Shown here: piece by piece, positions 7,549-16,178 of the stretch
How positions within the stretch are numbered: the first letter of the stretch is position 1
Layout of the letters: the number at the start of each line of letters is the position of its first letter
From: an uncultured Candidatus Saccharibacteria bacterium
GTDB lineage: Bacteria > Patescibacteriota > Doudnabacteria > UBA920
Assembly (NCBI GenBank): GCA_964363335.1
Contig: CAYIHW010000001.1
Coordinates: forward strand, 1 to 39,203
Direction of reading: 5' to 3'
Length of the DNA stretch: 39,203 nt
Program-made: the position numbers and the translations under genes
The notes under the pieces: model-generated
The model's input: only the letters and a program-made list of their open reading frames with translations
Databases searched by the model: none
What the model was told of the DNA's origin: nothing

Positions 7549-7636
7549 TTATAAATATAAAGACTTAATTTGGCTGGTTAAATTGTGGAAATTTAATTAG
7601 GCGCCTTAGCGCGGGATTTAATCATAATATTCATTT

Positions 7637-8215
7637 ATGCTAGAAGACATTGTAGATTCAAAAATTGACTCCGGCACCTTAAGCTTTTTTTTAAGCGCGC
7701 CGGAACGCAGTTTTTCGGTGCTGGAAATTTCTAAACGGTTAGGGATTCCATATTTGAAAGCCGCCCACAGTTTGAGCAAGCTTGCCGCTTTGGGGCCCAT
7801 AAAAATGTTTGCCAAAAAGAGCAAAAAGTATTACATGTTGAATGATAAATATAAATTACTGGAACAAATGCGGGCCTTTTGGCAAAAGTCCCCGGTAAAA
7901 TATCAGGATGAGTTATTTTTGGCTATTAGGAGGCTGGGCGATGTTAAGGCGGCATTTTTGAGCGGCCTGTTTTGCGGCCAGCCAAGCTTGCCGGTGGACT
8001 TGTTAATTGTTGGTCGGGTGAATTTAGAAAAAATGTCTGGGTTTTTAAAATCCGTAGAACAGTTAATGGGTCAGGAAATAAATTATAGTATAATGACCGC
8101 GAATGAATTTTTATTGCGCCGCGATACTTTCGATAAATTTATTAAAGATATTTTCGACTACCCGCATTTAACCGTGGTAGACGAGTTAAACGCGAAGAAA
8201 AAAATTAAGAAGTAA
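7637..8215 (+). CDS. Hypothetical protein; possible wHTH N-terminus plus a nucleotidyltransferase-fold-like C-terminus
   Basis: 192-aa ORF. An HTH-like segment (SVLEISKRLGIPYLKAAHSLSKL) and a DLLIVG motif. The assignment rests on pattern only. Confidence 0.4.
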   Translation: MLEDIVDSKIDSGTLSFFLSAPERSFSVLEISKRLGIPYLKAAHSLSKLAALGPIKMFAKKSKKYYMLNDKYKLLEQMRAFWQKSPVKYQDELFLAIRRLGDVKAAFLSGLFCGQPSLPVDLLIVGRVNLEKMSGFLKSVEQLMGQEINYSIMTANEFLLRRDTFDKFIKDIFDYPHLTVVDELNAKKKIKK

Positions 8216-8226
8216 TTTTAAACTTT

Positions 8227-8466
8227 ATGATAGATCAAATCCAAAAATTGTACTTGGAGTTTTTAAAAAACTTTCCCAGTAGCACTCAGCCGGTCATTTC
8301 CATTTTGTTGGCGATTTTGATAGTCTATTCCATTTTTAAAGTCATAAAAAAAGATTGGATTTTTTTAATCGCCCTGGTAATATTGTTGCCCGGCAGTAAG
8401 ACCATTCTGCAAAGCATTTGGCAGGGAATAGTGGTGTTTATAAAATTTTTATTGAATACTAAGTAG
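8227..8466 (+). CDS. Small membrane protein (2 predicted TM helices)
   Basis: 79-aa ORF starting 11 nt after the upstream gene, with two hydrophobic segments. Confidence 0.5.
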   Translation: MIDQIQKLYLEFLKNFPSSTQPVISILLAILIVYSIFKVIKKDWIFLIALVILLPGSKTILQSIWQGIVVFIKFLLNTK

Positions 8467-8488
8467 GGTATTATTAAATTAGTTTTTT

Positions 8489-9217
8489 ATGAATAGAATG
8501 CCAAAATATTATCCGGAAAGCGATTCTCATTCTCCGGAAACTCCTGAGAATGCCAAAAGATTTCATCCATTATTAGAGGAGGTTCTTACTGAATTGGAAA
8601 ATGAAGAAAGAGAATATTTTGCGGTGAAAAAGAATTTTAGAGAGCTTTATAATAGAGAACTGGAAATTTTATCAACCAATATCGAGATACTTTTAGGCGA
8701 ATATGGCAAATCAAGGATGAAGTATTTTGAAGGTCAGGAAGGAAAACAAGCCGGAAGCAAACAGGCCCTGCAGGATTATCTTAAACTAGGCATTCGCCGA
8801 ACAATTGAGGTAGATAAAAGTTATAAAAATTTAAATGGCGACTATTCTACTTTTCCCGAATTTATAAGAACAAAAACCATTCAACTTGTAAGGCAGGGCT
8901 ATTTTGCTTTTTTAGAACGAGCGGTTGTTGAAAAAAATATGGATAAAGGGATTAAAGAGGCTTATGATCAAGATTTTTTTCCTGATAATTGGGAATGTAG
9001 GATTTTTGTTTCAAAAGATTTTGGAATTGAAAAAGCGGCAAGCTTGTTGCAACAGCCCGATTTCCCTTCAGATACGGCTCGGCTTGAATATGCAAGATTA
9101 GACGCAGGGCGAATAACTTATTTTCCTTTAAATAGTAACGACTTAAAAGAGTTTAATAAAGTTAAATTTTCTCCAAGAATTAGGGATATGTCGATACATG
9201 AGGTTGCTGACACTTAG
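8489..9217 (+). CDS. Hypothetical protein, no family recognised
   Basis: 242-aa ORF in an operon-like series with 7637 and 8227. No motif that I can name. Confidence 0.5.
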   Translation: MNRMPKYYPESDSHSPETPENAKRFHPLLEEVLTELENEEREYFAVKKNFRELYNRELEILSTNIEILLGEYGKSRMKYFEGQEGKQAGSKQALQDYLKLGIRRTIEVDKSYKNLNGDYSTFPEFIRTKTIQLVRQGYFAFLERAVVEKNMDKGIKEAYDQDFFPDNWECRIFVSKDFGIEKAASLLQQPDFPSDTARLEYARLDAGRITYFPLNSNDLKEFNKVKFSPRIRDMSIHEVADT

Positions 9218-9289
9218 GATGGGCGCGCAGAACTTTTAGAAAAAAATAAACTACCCCGCAGCAAGCTGACGGGGTATTGGCTACAGGCT

Positions 9290-9366
9290 GTCATTGCGAG
9301 GGAGTGCATCCGACCGAAGCAATCTCTTTCTTTGATAAGATCGCTTCGGATGCTACTGCCAATGAC
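9290..9366. repeat. GTCATTGCGAG-type palindromic element, intergenic copy
   Basis: GTCATTGCGAG...TGCATCCGA...GCAATCT...CTGCCAATGAC. It is flanked by the GC hairpins CCCCG..CGGGG (9254-9274) and CGCGG-CAAG-CCGCG (9369-9385). Same family as 20054-20130. Confidence 0.8.
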
Positions 9367-9483
9367 AACGCGGCAAGCCGCGGGGCATTAACCCTAAAAA
9401 AGAATAAATAAGGGTTATTAAATCTGTGGATAACTTTAAGGTAAACGCTTGTTTACCTTATTTTTATTGGATTTTTAATTTGC

Positions 9484-9512
9484 TTGACCGTGGGTGAACG
9501 ATAGTATACTAT
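9484..9512 (+). promoter_or_regulatory. Candidate lexA promoter overlapped by palindromes
   Basis: TTGACC (9484-9489), then 17 nt, then TACTAT (9507-9512). GAAC-GATA-GTAT (9496-9507) and the perfect palindrome ATAGTATACTAT (9501-9512) overlap the spacer and -10. Confidence 0.4.
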
Positions 9513-9546
9513 TAATTTACAGAAACAAGTATTAAAAAATAAGTAT

Positions 9547-10164
9547 ATGTCCAAAGATATTACAAATAGACAAAAAGAATTATTACAATTTATTATCAAA
9601 CAAATCCGCGAACATAATCTGCCTCCCAGTATTTCCGAAATGGCGGAATACCTAAAAGTGAAATCCAAAAACGGCGTGGCTAAATTATTGGATGCGCTGA
9701 AAGACCAGGGGTTTGTAAAAACCAGCGGCAAAGCCAGAGGGATTAAAGTTTTGCAAACCTTAGGCGAAAGTTTGCAGAAAGGTTTAATCGCCGTGCCGAT
9801 TATGGGTAATATTCAAGCCGGCAGCCCTCATTTGGCCGAAGAGCAAATTGAAGACTGGATTAATTTACCCCAAAGTATGGTTAAAGGCAGACGGGACGTA
9901 TTCTTACTTCGGGTACGAGGCGATAGTATGATCAATGCCGGAATTTTTGAAGAAGACTTGGTAATTGTCCGGCCGACCAAAGAAGTAAAAAATAATGACA
10001 TTGTAGTGGCACTGCTACACGACGAAGCCACGGTTAAGCGGTTTATCCAAATTAAAAATCGCAGTTACTTAAAAGCCGAGAACCCGGATTATAAAAATAT
10101 TTACCCAAAAGAAGAATGGATGGTGCAAGGAAAAGTGGTGGGAGTAATTAGGAATTTGGAATAG
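9547..10164 (+). CDS. lexA: LexA repressor
   Basis: 205 aa with an N-terminal wHTH, an Ala-Gly cleavage site (NIQAGSP), and the S24 peptidase Ser (RGDSM) and Lys (ATVKRF). Confidence 0.9.
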   Translation: MSKDITNRQKELLQFIIKQIREHNLPPSISEMAEYLKVKSKNGVAKLLDALKDQGFVKTSGKARGIKVLQTLGESLQKGLIAVPIMGNIQAGSPHLAEEQIEDWINLPQSMVKGRRDVFLLRVRGDSMINAGIFEEDLVIVRPTKEVKNNDIVVALLHDEATVKRFIQIKNRSYLKAENPDYKNIYPKEEWMVQGKVVGVIRNLE

Positions 10165-10199
10165 CAGGTAGTAAGTAGCATGTATTAAGTAGTAAGTAT

Positions 10200-10592
10200 A
10201 TGGATACAAGAGAAACCAAGAAAATTAAATCGTTCACTGACTTGATTACTTGGCAGGAAGGGCATAAATTAGTGCTTAAGGTCTACGAAGTTTCAAAATT
10301 TTGGCCAAAAGAAGAACAATTCGGATTAACATCGCAGATTCGTAGAGCAGTTGTTTCTATTACTTCAAATATAGCAGAAGGTTTTAGTCGGTACACATGG
10401 AAGGATAAAATGCATTTTTATTCAATCGCATTGGGTTCTGTAACGGAAACGCAAAATCAGTTGCTTGTCGCAAAAGATCTTGTATATTTAAACAAAGAAG
10501 ATTTTGGAAAAGCAGCAGAACAAACAATTACAGTTAATAAATTAATAAATGGGCTAATTAAAAGCCTGAGGGATAGCAATCTTAATACATAA
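10200..10592 (+). CDS. Four-helix-bundle protein (23S rRNA intervening-sequence protein family)
   Basis: 130 aa. Family-typical segments WQEGHKLVLKVY, QIRRAVVSITSNIAEG and GSVTETQNQL. The gene is flanked by imperfect inverted repeats at 10167-10189 and 10581-10610. Confidence 0.85.
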   Translation: MDTRETKKIKSFTDLITWQEGHKLVLKVYEVSKFWPKEEQFGLTSQIRRAVVSITSNIAEGFSRYTWKDKMHFYSIALGSVTETQNQLLVAKDLVYLNKEDFGKAAEQTITVNKLINGLIKSLRDSNLNT

Positions 10593-10621
10593 TACTTGCT
10601 ACATGCTACCAAGGAGTTGAT

Positions 10622-10810
10622 ATGCCCGAACATGAAATCAAAAAAAACTTTATTATATCTCAGTTAAGGACTTTGTGTGCTCATTGTGTTTCTAAAAGCA
10701 CCTTGCCACACCGCTGTCCGGTGAAAGAATTATCGCTCAGAGTGGAATCTTTAAAAGGCGTGCCGTTAATTGTAAACAGCGAGTTTAAAGGTTTGCTCTG
10801 GAGTCACTAG
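10622..10810 (+). CDS. Small Cys-containing hypothetical protein
   Basis: 62-aa ORF with AAGGAG 5 nt upstream of the ATG. It contains CxxC plus a third Cys, and is the last gene of the lexA-led series. Confidence 0.5.
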   Translation: MPEHEIKKNFIISQLRTLCAHCVSKSTLPHRCPVKELSLRVESLKGVPLIVNSEFKGLLWSH

Positions 10811-10811
10811 C

Positions 10812-10855
10812 ATACAAGGGGAATCTTTGGCTCAGGCCAAGGATTCCCCTTGTAT
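10812..10855. terminator. Long hairpin between convergent genes
   Basis: ATACAAGGGGAATCTTTGGC-TCAG-GCCAAGGATTCCCCTTGTAT is a 44-bp near-perfect palindrome. Its right arm encodes the last residues of the GIY-YIG protein. Confidence 0.6.
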
Positions 10856-11092
10856 TAATTTGATTAGCTCCAGTTTCTTCAGTTTAGAAAGTTTTTTTAC
10901 TTGGATTTCTCTTTTAAGTGCTTTGCTTAGTGTTCTAAATTTTTCGTGGTAAATAATCTTACCTCCGCCTCGGCTTCTAACGTAAGCAGAACCTTTCCCG
11001 GAATTATGTTCCGCTTCCCGTCGCTTTAAATCTTTAGTCATTCCACTATATAACGTTTTATCTTTGCAACGAAAAATGTAGAAATAGTACAT
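10832..11092 (-). CDS. GIY-YIG nuclease-domain protein (UPF0213/YhbQ-like)
   Basis: 86 aa. YYFYIFRCKDKTLYSGMT (GIY...YSG) and REAEHN motifs. Confidence 0.85.
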   Translation of the reverse strand: MYYFYIFRCKDKTLYSGMTKDLKRREAEHNSGKGSAYVRSRGGGKIIYHEKFRTLSKALKREIQVKKLSKLKKLELIKLIQGESLA

Positions 11093-11102
11093 ATAGGTAT
11101 TA

Positions 11103-12091
11103 TGGATTAGTTGAATTAACTTAGTATCTCCTTAATTGACAATAGGTTCCGATGATTCTTTTTGTTAAAATAAGTTGCCATAAGGTAGCTGAAAATAATA
11201 TTTCTGATTCTGGCCTTAACCCCTTCCGCGCTCTTGGCTCTCAGTTTCTCCAGGTTAAAATGATCTTTTAACTGTTGATTAATAACTTCAATCAGTATTC
11301 GGTGTTTCAGCTTGCGCTTCTCCCACTTGGTGTTCCTGATTTTCTGGTTCTTTCGTTTAGGAATGATTACCTTGATGCGCTGTTCTAGTTTTAACTCCTA
11401 ATGGATTTTCTTGCCAGCATAACCTTTGTCCCCGATTAACCATATGCCCTGTAAATCTTTAACCGCTGGTTGTAACGCTTTAACATCGTGGCGGCGGGCA
11501 GACATCAGGTGGTAAGTTACCGGAATACCCTCTCTGTTAACAATTAATGTCAGTTTTACACCATAATACCGCTCTTTCTTGGCATGGCAGTAGCCGACTC
11601 CAAAGAATTTATTATCGTTAAAGGCTTTGGTTTTCCATCTGCGGTAGAACTTAGTTACCGGCACTCCGGTAGCGTCAATAATTCGGATTTTAGACTTGTG
11701 GGTCTTTAGTTTCTTTAACACCGTTGCCGTTAACCGCTCAATGACTGGTTCCAACTCCTTGCTCCGATGATTGTAGCGGGACTGGGTGGGAAGCTTGGGA
11801 AAAGCTTTGCAGGGATGGTTCTTTAAAAATCTTAGAAACTCCGATTCATTGCTGTAGCCTTTGAGGTTCTGGACGACCACCATTTGGCAAACGTAGAGAT
11901 CTGAAAACTCCCGTTTACCTGGCCGTCTAGGCTCTTTAAAGCCAGACTGCTTGTAAATCTCCCTCACAAGATTTACAATCTTAGTGAGATTTGGCATATT
12001 TGTTTTTGTGTTTGTTTTAGGCTCTTACACAAAAAGTATGCCAAATTTCGCTTTTAAACGCTATGTAAAGGTGCTTAATTCAACTAACTCA
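11103..12091 (-). mobile_element. IS982-family-like insertion sequence (989 bp) with a 9-bp target duplication
   Basis: Terminal inverted repeats TGGATTAGTTGAATTAA (11103-11119) and TTAATTCAACTAACTCA (12075-12091). The direct repeat TAGGTATTA lies at 11094-11102 and 12092-12100. The element encodes a DDE transposase. Confidence 0.8.
11116..11997 (-). pseudogene. IS982-like DDE transposase, interrupted by an in-frame TAG and a frameshift
   Basis: A 199-aa N-terminal ORF ends at TAG (11398-11400). The same frame continues as ELKLEQRIKVIIPKRKNQK. The C-terminal segment (KIRNTKWEKRKLKHRILIEVINQQLKDHFNLEKLRAKS...) is in another frame after an A5 run near 11339-11343. Confidence 0.75.
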
Positions 12092-12104
12092 TAGGTATTA
12101 TACC

Positions 12105-12138
12105 AGAAAAAATCCTCAACAAAAGTTGAGGAGTTTTT
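12105..12138. terminator. Bidirectional intrinsic terminator
   Basis: An A-run, then TCCTCAAC-AAAA-GTTGAGGA, then a T-run. Confidence 0.75.
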
Positions 12139-12263
12139 CTTGGTAGACCAAGTCGAGACAGGCGGAAAACTTTTTTGGCTTTGGTAAGGGAAATTTATTT
12201 AAACTTAATTATTCAAAAAGATTTTCTAAGCGCTCCTTCTTAAAAAGATTATAATTTAAATTA

Positions 12264-12587
12264 TCATCCTGAGAATCCTGGCCGATCTTTATATTTTTTT
12301 ACTTTATAGGCTTGAATAATTATATTGAGAATGATGACTGCAATAACTAATATGATATTTACCAGAGTTCGATTATCCTTGGAATAAAAAGGTATTGTTA
12401 ATACTAAAACACCAATAATAAATCCTAAAAGTCCATTCACTCTGGCTGACACGCCAGTTATAAATCGTGTACCAAAAACAGGAATATTTATTGTGAACCC
12501 TTCTCCCCTAAGCAAAGGGTATAAAGCGTGTCCTATAAAATAACTCCCGATCACAATTAAAAAATATATAGCTGAGGTATTTTCCAT
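12264..12587 (-). CDS. Small integral membrane protein
   Basis: 107-aa ORF with three hydrophobic helices. Confidence 0.55.
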   Translation of the reverse strand: MENTSAIYFLIVIGSYFIGHALYPLLRGEGFTINIPVFGTRFITGVSARVNGLLGFIIGVLVLTIPFYSKDNRTLVNIILVIAVIILNIIIQAYKVKKYKDRPGFSG

Positions 12588-12766
12588 GGTTTTAGATTAT
12601 TTCTTAAATAGTCATCCAATTAGATTGGAAAACCTTAATTTTATTCTACACTAAACCAAATAATTTTAAAAGGCTTCCCAAAAGTGGCGAAATCGCCAAA
12701 TGTGGAAAACCTTTTAAAATCAATGTTTGTCTGTACGAAATTGATGTTTGGAAAACTGTTTACAAT

Positions 12767-12841
12767 TGGTAGCGCTACCGGGAATCGAACCCGGATTTAG
12801 TGGATGAGAACCACTTATCCTAACCGTTAGATGATAGCGCC
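12767..12841 (-). tRNA. tRNA-Glu (anticodon CUC), CCA encoded
   Basis: Reverse-complement cloverleaf: acceptor GGCGCTA/TAGCGCT (G1-U72 wobble), anticodon stem AGTGG/CCACT with loop TTCTCAT, a 4-nt variable loop, and T arm CCGGG-TTCGATT-CCCGG. Confidence 0.8.
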
Positions 12842-12999
12842 TTGTGTGGAATCATGAATCGAGTTTGAAATCAGTCTTATTTAGACTTATATAGTCCTAT
12901 AGACTTATCGAGTTTATCAAATTTTGTGGTTTTTGCCAAGATGTGGCATAATAATTAGGCAAAGAGTACACGAAATTAAGTATCAAAGCTGAAACAAAA

Positions 13000-14226
13000 A
13001 TGCAAAAAGTGAAATTAAAATTTCCCGAGCATTTTCTTTGGGGCACGGCCAGTAGCGCTTATCAAACTGAAGGGAATAATATCAACGCGGATTGGTGGGC
13101 TTGGGAAAACAGTGAGAAACGGAAAAATTTTGTAAAAAACCGTCGTCCGAACCCGGAGCAATACATAAGCGGAGAAGCCACTGACTTTTTTAGCCGTTTT
13201 GAAGAAGATTTTTCCATTGCCCGGCATTTAAACCATAATGCTATCCGTTTTGGCCTGGAATGGTCCAGGATTGAACCTGAAGAAGGAAGGTTTGATCAAT
13301 CGGCAATAAATATTTATGAAAAAATGCTGCAATCAGCAAAGGCCAACGGTCTACAAATCTTTTTAACCTTGCATCATTTTACATTGCCTCTGTGGCTGGC
13401 AAAAAAAGGCGGTTTTTCGAAAAAAGAAAATATTATTTATTTTTTGAGGTATTCGGAAATGGTTGCGCGGCGCTTTAGCGACTATGTTGATTTTTGGCTG
13501 ACCTTTAACGAACCCGAGGTTTATGCCACACATTCTTATTTGCTAGGAATTTTTCCACCCCAAAACAAGAGCTTTATTAAGGCCCTGCGAGTGGTAAATA
13601 ATATAATTACCGCCCATAATTTAACCGCGCCGCAGATAAAGGCACAAACCGGCAAGCCGGTGAGTGTGGCTTTTCATCTTTCCGATCTCCAACCATCCGG
13701 ACCGCTTGGTGGCCTGGTTCGTTCCTTGTCGCATTACCTGGCCAATGAATATATTTTACGGCGGACGGTTAAGACTTGCGATTTTATCGGCATAAATTAC
13801 TATGAACATTTCCATATTGGCGTGTTTGGTAAACGGATAACTAGCCGCACGGGGCATGAATTTACCGATCTTAACTGGAGTATCCATCCGGAAGGTTTGG
13901 AACGCGTGTTGCTGAATTTGAAAAAATACAATAAGCCGATTTACATAACGGAAAACGGGCTGGCGGACGAGCAAGACCTAAAGCGGGAAAAATTTATTAA
14001 AGACCATTTATTTTTTATTCACCGGGCAATTAAACAAGGCGTAGATGTGCGCGGGTATTTGTATTGGTCGCTTACCGATAACTTTGAATGGCAACACGGT
14101 TTTTGGCCGCGCTTTGGTTTGGTAGAAATTGACCGGGAAAATTCGCTAAAGCGGAAAGTCCGTTATAGTGCTTTAAAATACGCGGAAATATGTAAAGAAA
14201 ATTTATTGGAGTACGAAATTAAATGA
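13000..14226 (+). CDS. Glycoside hydrolase family 1 (beta-glucosidase/beta-galactosidase type)
   Basis: 408 aa. The acid/base motif TFNEPE and the nucleophile motif YITENG are present, with a GH1-type N-terminus (FLWGTASSAYQTEG). Confidence 0.9.
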   Translation: MQKVKLKFPEHFLWGTASSAYQTEGNNINADWWAWENSEKRKNFVKNRRPNPEQYISGEATDFFSRFEEDFSIARHLNHNAIRFGLEWSRIEPEEGRFDQSAINIYEKMLQSAKANGLQIFLTLHHFTLPLWLAKKGGFSKKENIIYFLRYSEMVARRFSDYVDFWLTFNEPEVYATHSYLLGIFPPQNKSFIKALRVVNNIITAHNLTAPQIKAQTGKPVSVAFHLSDLQPSGPLGGLVRSLSHYLANEYILRRTVKTCDFIGINYYEHFHIGVFGKRITSRTGHEFTDLNWSIHPEGLERVLLNLKKYNKPIYITENGLADEQDLKREKFIKDHLFFIHRAIKQGVDVRGYLYWSLTDNFEWQHGFWPRFGLVEIDRENSLKRKVRYSALKYAEICKENLLEYEIK

Positions 14227-15107
14227 TTATTCTCTTAACCATATTTCAATATCTTATCCAAGCCACAGTGGATTTAATGGATAAGTTTTTGATTACCGCC
14301 AGAAAAATTGAGCCTGTGGCATATACTTTTTACACCGTGGCCATGGGGTTGTTGCTGGTTTTGTTTTGGCCATGGAGTTATTTTGCATTGCCTGTAAAAT
14401 TTATTTTACTAAATTTGTTTTCCGGAGCTGTTTTTTCTTTGGCTATGTATGTATTTTTTAAAGCGTTATCTCAGGGCGAAGCTTCCCGGGTTGTGCCATA
14501 TGTGTTTGCTTTAGTGCCGGTTTTTGACGTAGTATTGTCGCTGGTTACCGGCAGAGGCCGTCCGACTATAAGCGAGGTGTCGGGAATTTTCCTGCTCGTC
14601 CCCGGAGCGCTGTTGATTTCTCACCAAAAAGGACGTGTTTGGGGAAAGTACGTTATAATTAAAACTGTTAGCGCGTTGCTATTTAGTTTGTATTATTTGT
14701 TGTGGCAATATGGCGCCCAAAATGGGCCGGTGTTGAATAATTTAATTTGGAATCGGATAGGGGCGGCGGCGGTTTTGCTTAGCCTGCTGGTGTATGCGCC
14801 GTACCGAAAAAAGATTTTTGCCATAAAAAAAGATCCTCGGAAAAAAAGCACATCAGCCATTTTTTTGTTCAAGCAGGTTTTGGGCGGAGCGAACTTTATT
14901 TTTTTGAGCTTTTTATTTGTCTTAGGAAAAATTTCTGTTATTAACGCGTTGCAAGGTTTTCGCTATGTGTTCCTGTTGTTATTTAGCTTAGTGCTGTCAA
15001 AAACCCGCAAACATTTAATTGCCGAAGAAGAAGGAGTTGGAATTTTAAGCCAAAAAAGTTTTGGGGTAATTTTGGTGTTTGCCGGCACGCTTTTACTCTT
15101 CATTTAA
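14223..15107 (+). CDS. Polytopic membrane protein, EamA/DMT-like permease
   Basis: 294 aa with about 9-10 hydrophobic helices. An ATGA start/stop overlap links it to the GH1 gene. Confidence 0.5.
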   Translation: MIILLTIFQYLIQATVDLMDKFLITARKIEPVAYTFYTVAMGLLLVLFWPWSYFALPVKFILLNLFSGAVFSLAMYVFFKALSQGEASRVVPYVFALVPVFDVVLSLVTGRGRPTISEVSGIFLLVPGALLISHQKGRVWGKYVIIKTVSALLFSLYYLLWQYGAQNGPVLNNLIWNRIGAAAVLLSLLVYAPYRKKIFAIKKDPRKKSTSAIFLFKQVLGGANFIFLSFLFVLGKISVINALQGFRYVFLLLFSLVLSKTRKHLIAEEEGVGILSQKSFGVILVFAGTLLLFI

Positions 15108-15113
15108 AAAAAG

Positions 15114-16121
15114 ATGCGGAAATTTTTAAAAAGTTTAATTTGGGCAATAGTAATTTTAGGAGTTACTGTTTGGATTGTTTCTTTGTTTGCTCCCAGAAGC
15201 TCAAAAATTGAGTATGGCTTTACCTTTAGCGCGCCTTACGCCCAAAGCCTGGGCCTTAACTGGAAAGAGGCATATTTAGCCTCCTTAGATGAGCTAAAAC
15301 CCCAGTATGTCCGGGTGTCAGCCTATTGGAATAAGGAAGAGCCGGAACCTGGAAAATTAATGTTTGAAACCGGGCAAGATAGCGATTTAGATTTCCAAAT
15401 AAATGAAGCCTCTAAGCGAAATGTAAAAATTGTAGTCGCGGTAGGCAGAAGACTGCCGCGCTGGCCGGAATGTCATGACCCTTCTTGGATAAATGGCATG
15501 CCACAAAATGTTTTGCAAAACGCGCAACTGTCCTATATTGAAGCGGTGGTTAGGAAGTATCAAAATATCCGCCAAATAACTGCTTGGCAGGTGGAAAACG
15601 AACCGTTCTTGTCCACGTTCGGAATTTGTCCGCCTTTGAACAAGGAATTTTTAGACAGTGAAATTGCCCTGGTAAAAAAGTTGGATGTTTCCCGGCCGAT
15701 AATTATTACCGATAGCGGCGAGCTGTCGTTTTGGATTTATTCCGGCGCGCGCGGGGATATTTTCGGTACCACTCTTTATCGATATGTGTTTTCCGATGTA
15801 TTCAAAAGATACTGGACTAACCATATTCCGCCAGTGTATTATCGATTTAAAGGCGGGTTGTTGCGCCTCTTGCACCCGGACAAACAAATTGCCATAATGG
15901 AGCTTGAAACCGAACCATGGACCACGGCTGGAATTCCTAATACCCCAATTGAAGAACAGTTTAAAACCATGAGTTTGGGCAATTTTCATACCATTCTGAA
16001 AGTTGCCAAAGACACGGGTTTTTCTCCCCAGTATTTGTGGGGGGTAGAATGGTGGTATTGGATGAAGCAAAAAAACCACCCGGAGTTTTGGGAGGCGGCA
16101 AAAGAATTATTCAATAATTAA
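15114..16121 (+). CDS. Membrane-anchored TIM-barrel glycoside hydrolase (clan GH-A-like)
   Basis: 335 aa with an N-terminal TM helix, a WQVENEP (NEP acid/base) motif and a later ELETEPW motif as candidate nucleophile. Confidence 0.5.
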   Translation: MRKFLKSLIWAIVILGVTVWIVSLFAPRSSKIEYGFTFSAPYAQSLGLNWKEAYLASLDELKPQYVRVSAYWNKEEPEPGKLMFETGQDSDLDFQINEASKRNVKIVVAVGRRLPRWPECHDPSWINGMPQNVLQNAQLSYIEAVVRKYQNIRQITAWQVENEPFLSTFGICPPLNKEFLDSEIALVKKLDVSRPIIITDSGELSFWIYSGARGDIFGTTLYRYVFSDVFKRYWTNHIPPVYYRFKGGLLRLLHPDKQIAIMELETEPWTTAGIPNTPIEEQFKTMSLGNFHTILKVAKDTGFSPQYLWGVEWWYWMKQKNHPEFWEAAKELFNN

Positions 16122-16178
16122 CAGAACCGAAGATAAATTTTATTTAATTTTAATTATTTTTGGTCAATTTTATTTAAT

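Noticed and set aside
11398-11400. The in-frame TAG in the transposase as stop-codon recoding, or an alternative genetic code.
   Set aside because: TAG, TAA and TGA all terminate well-supported genes in the window: lexA ends in TAG and the GH1 gene in TGA. The transposase also has a frameshift, so decay or an assembly error is the simpler explanation.
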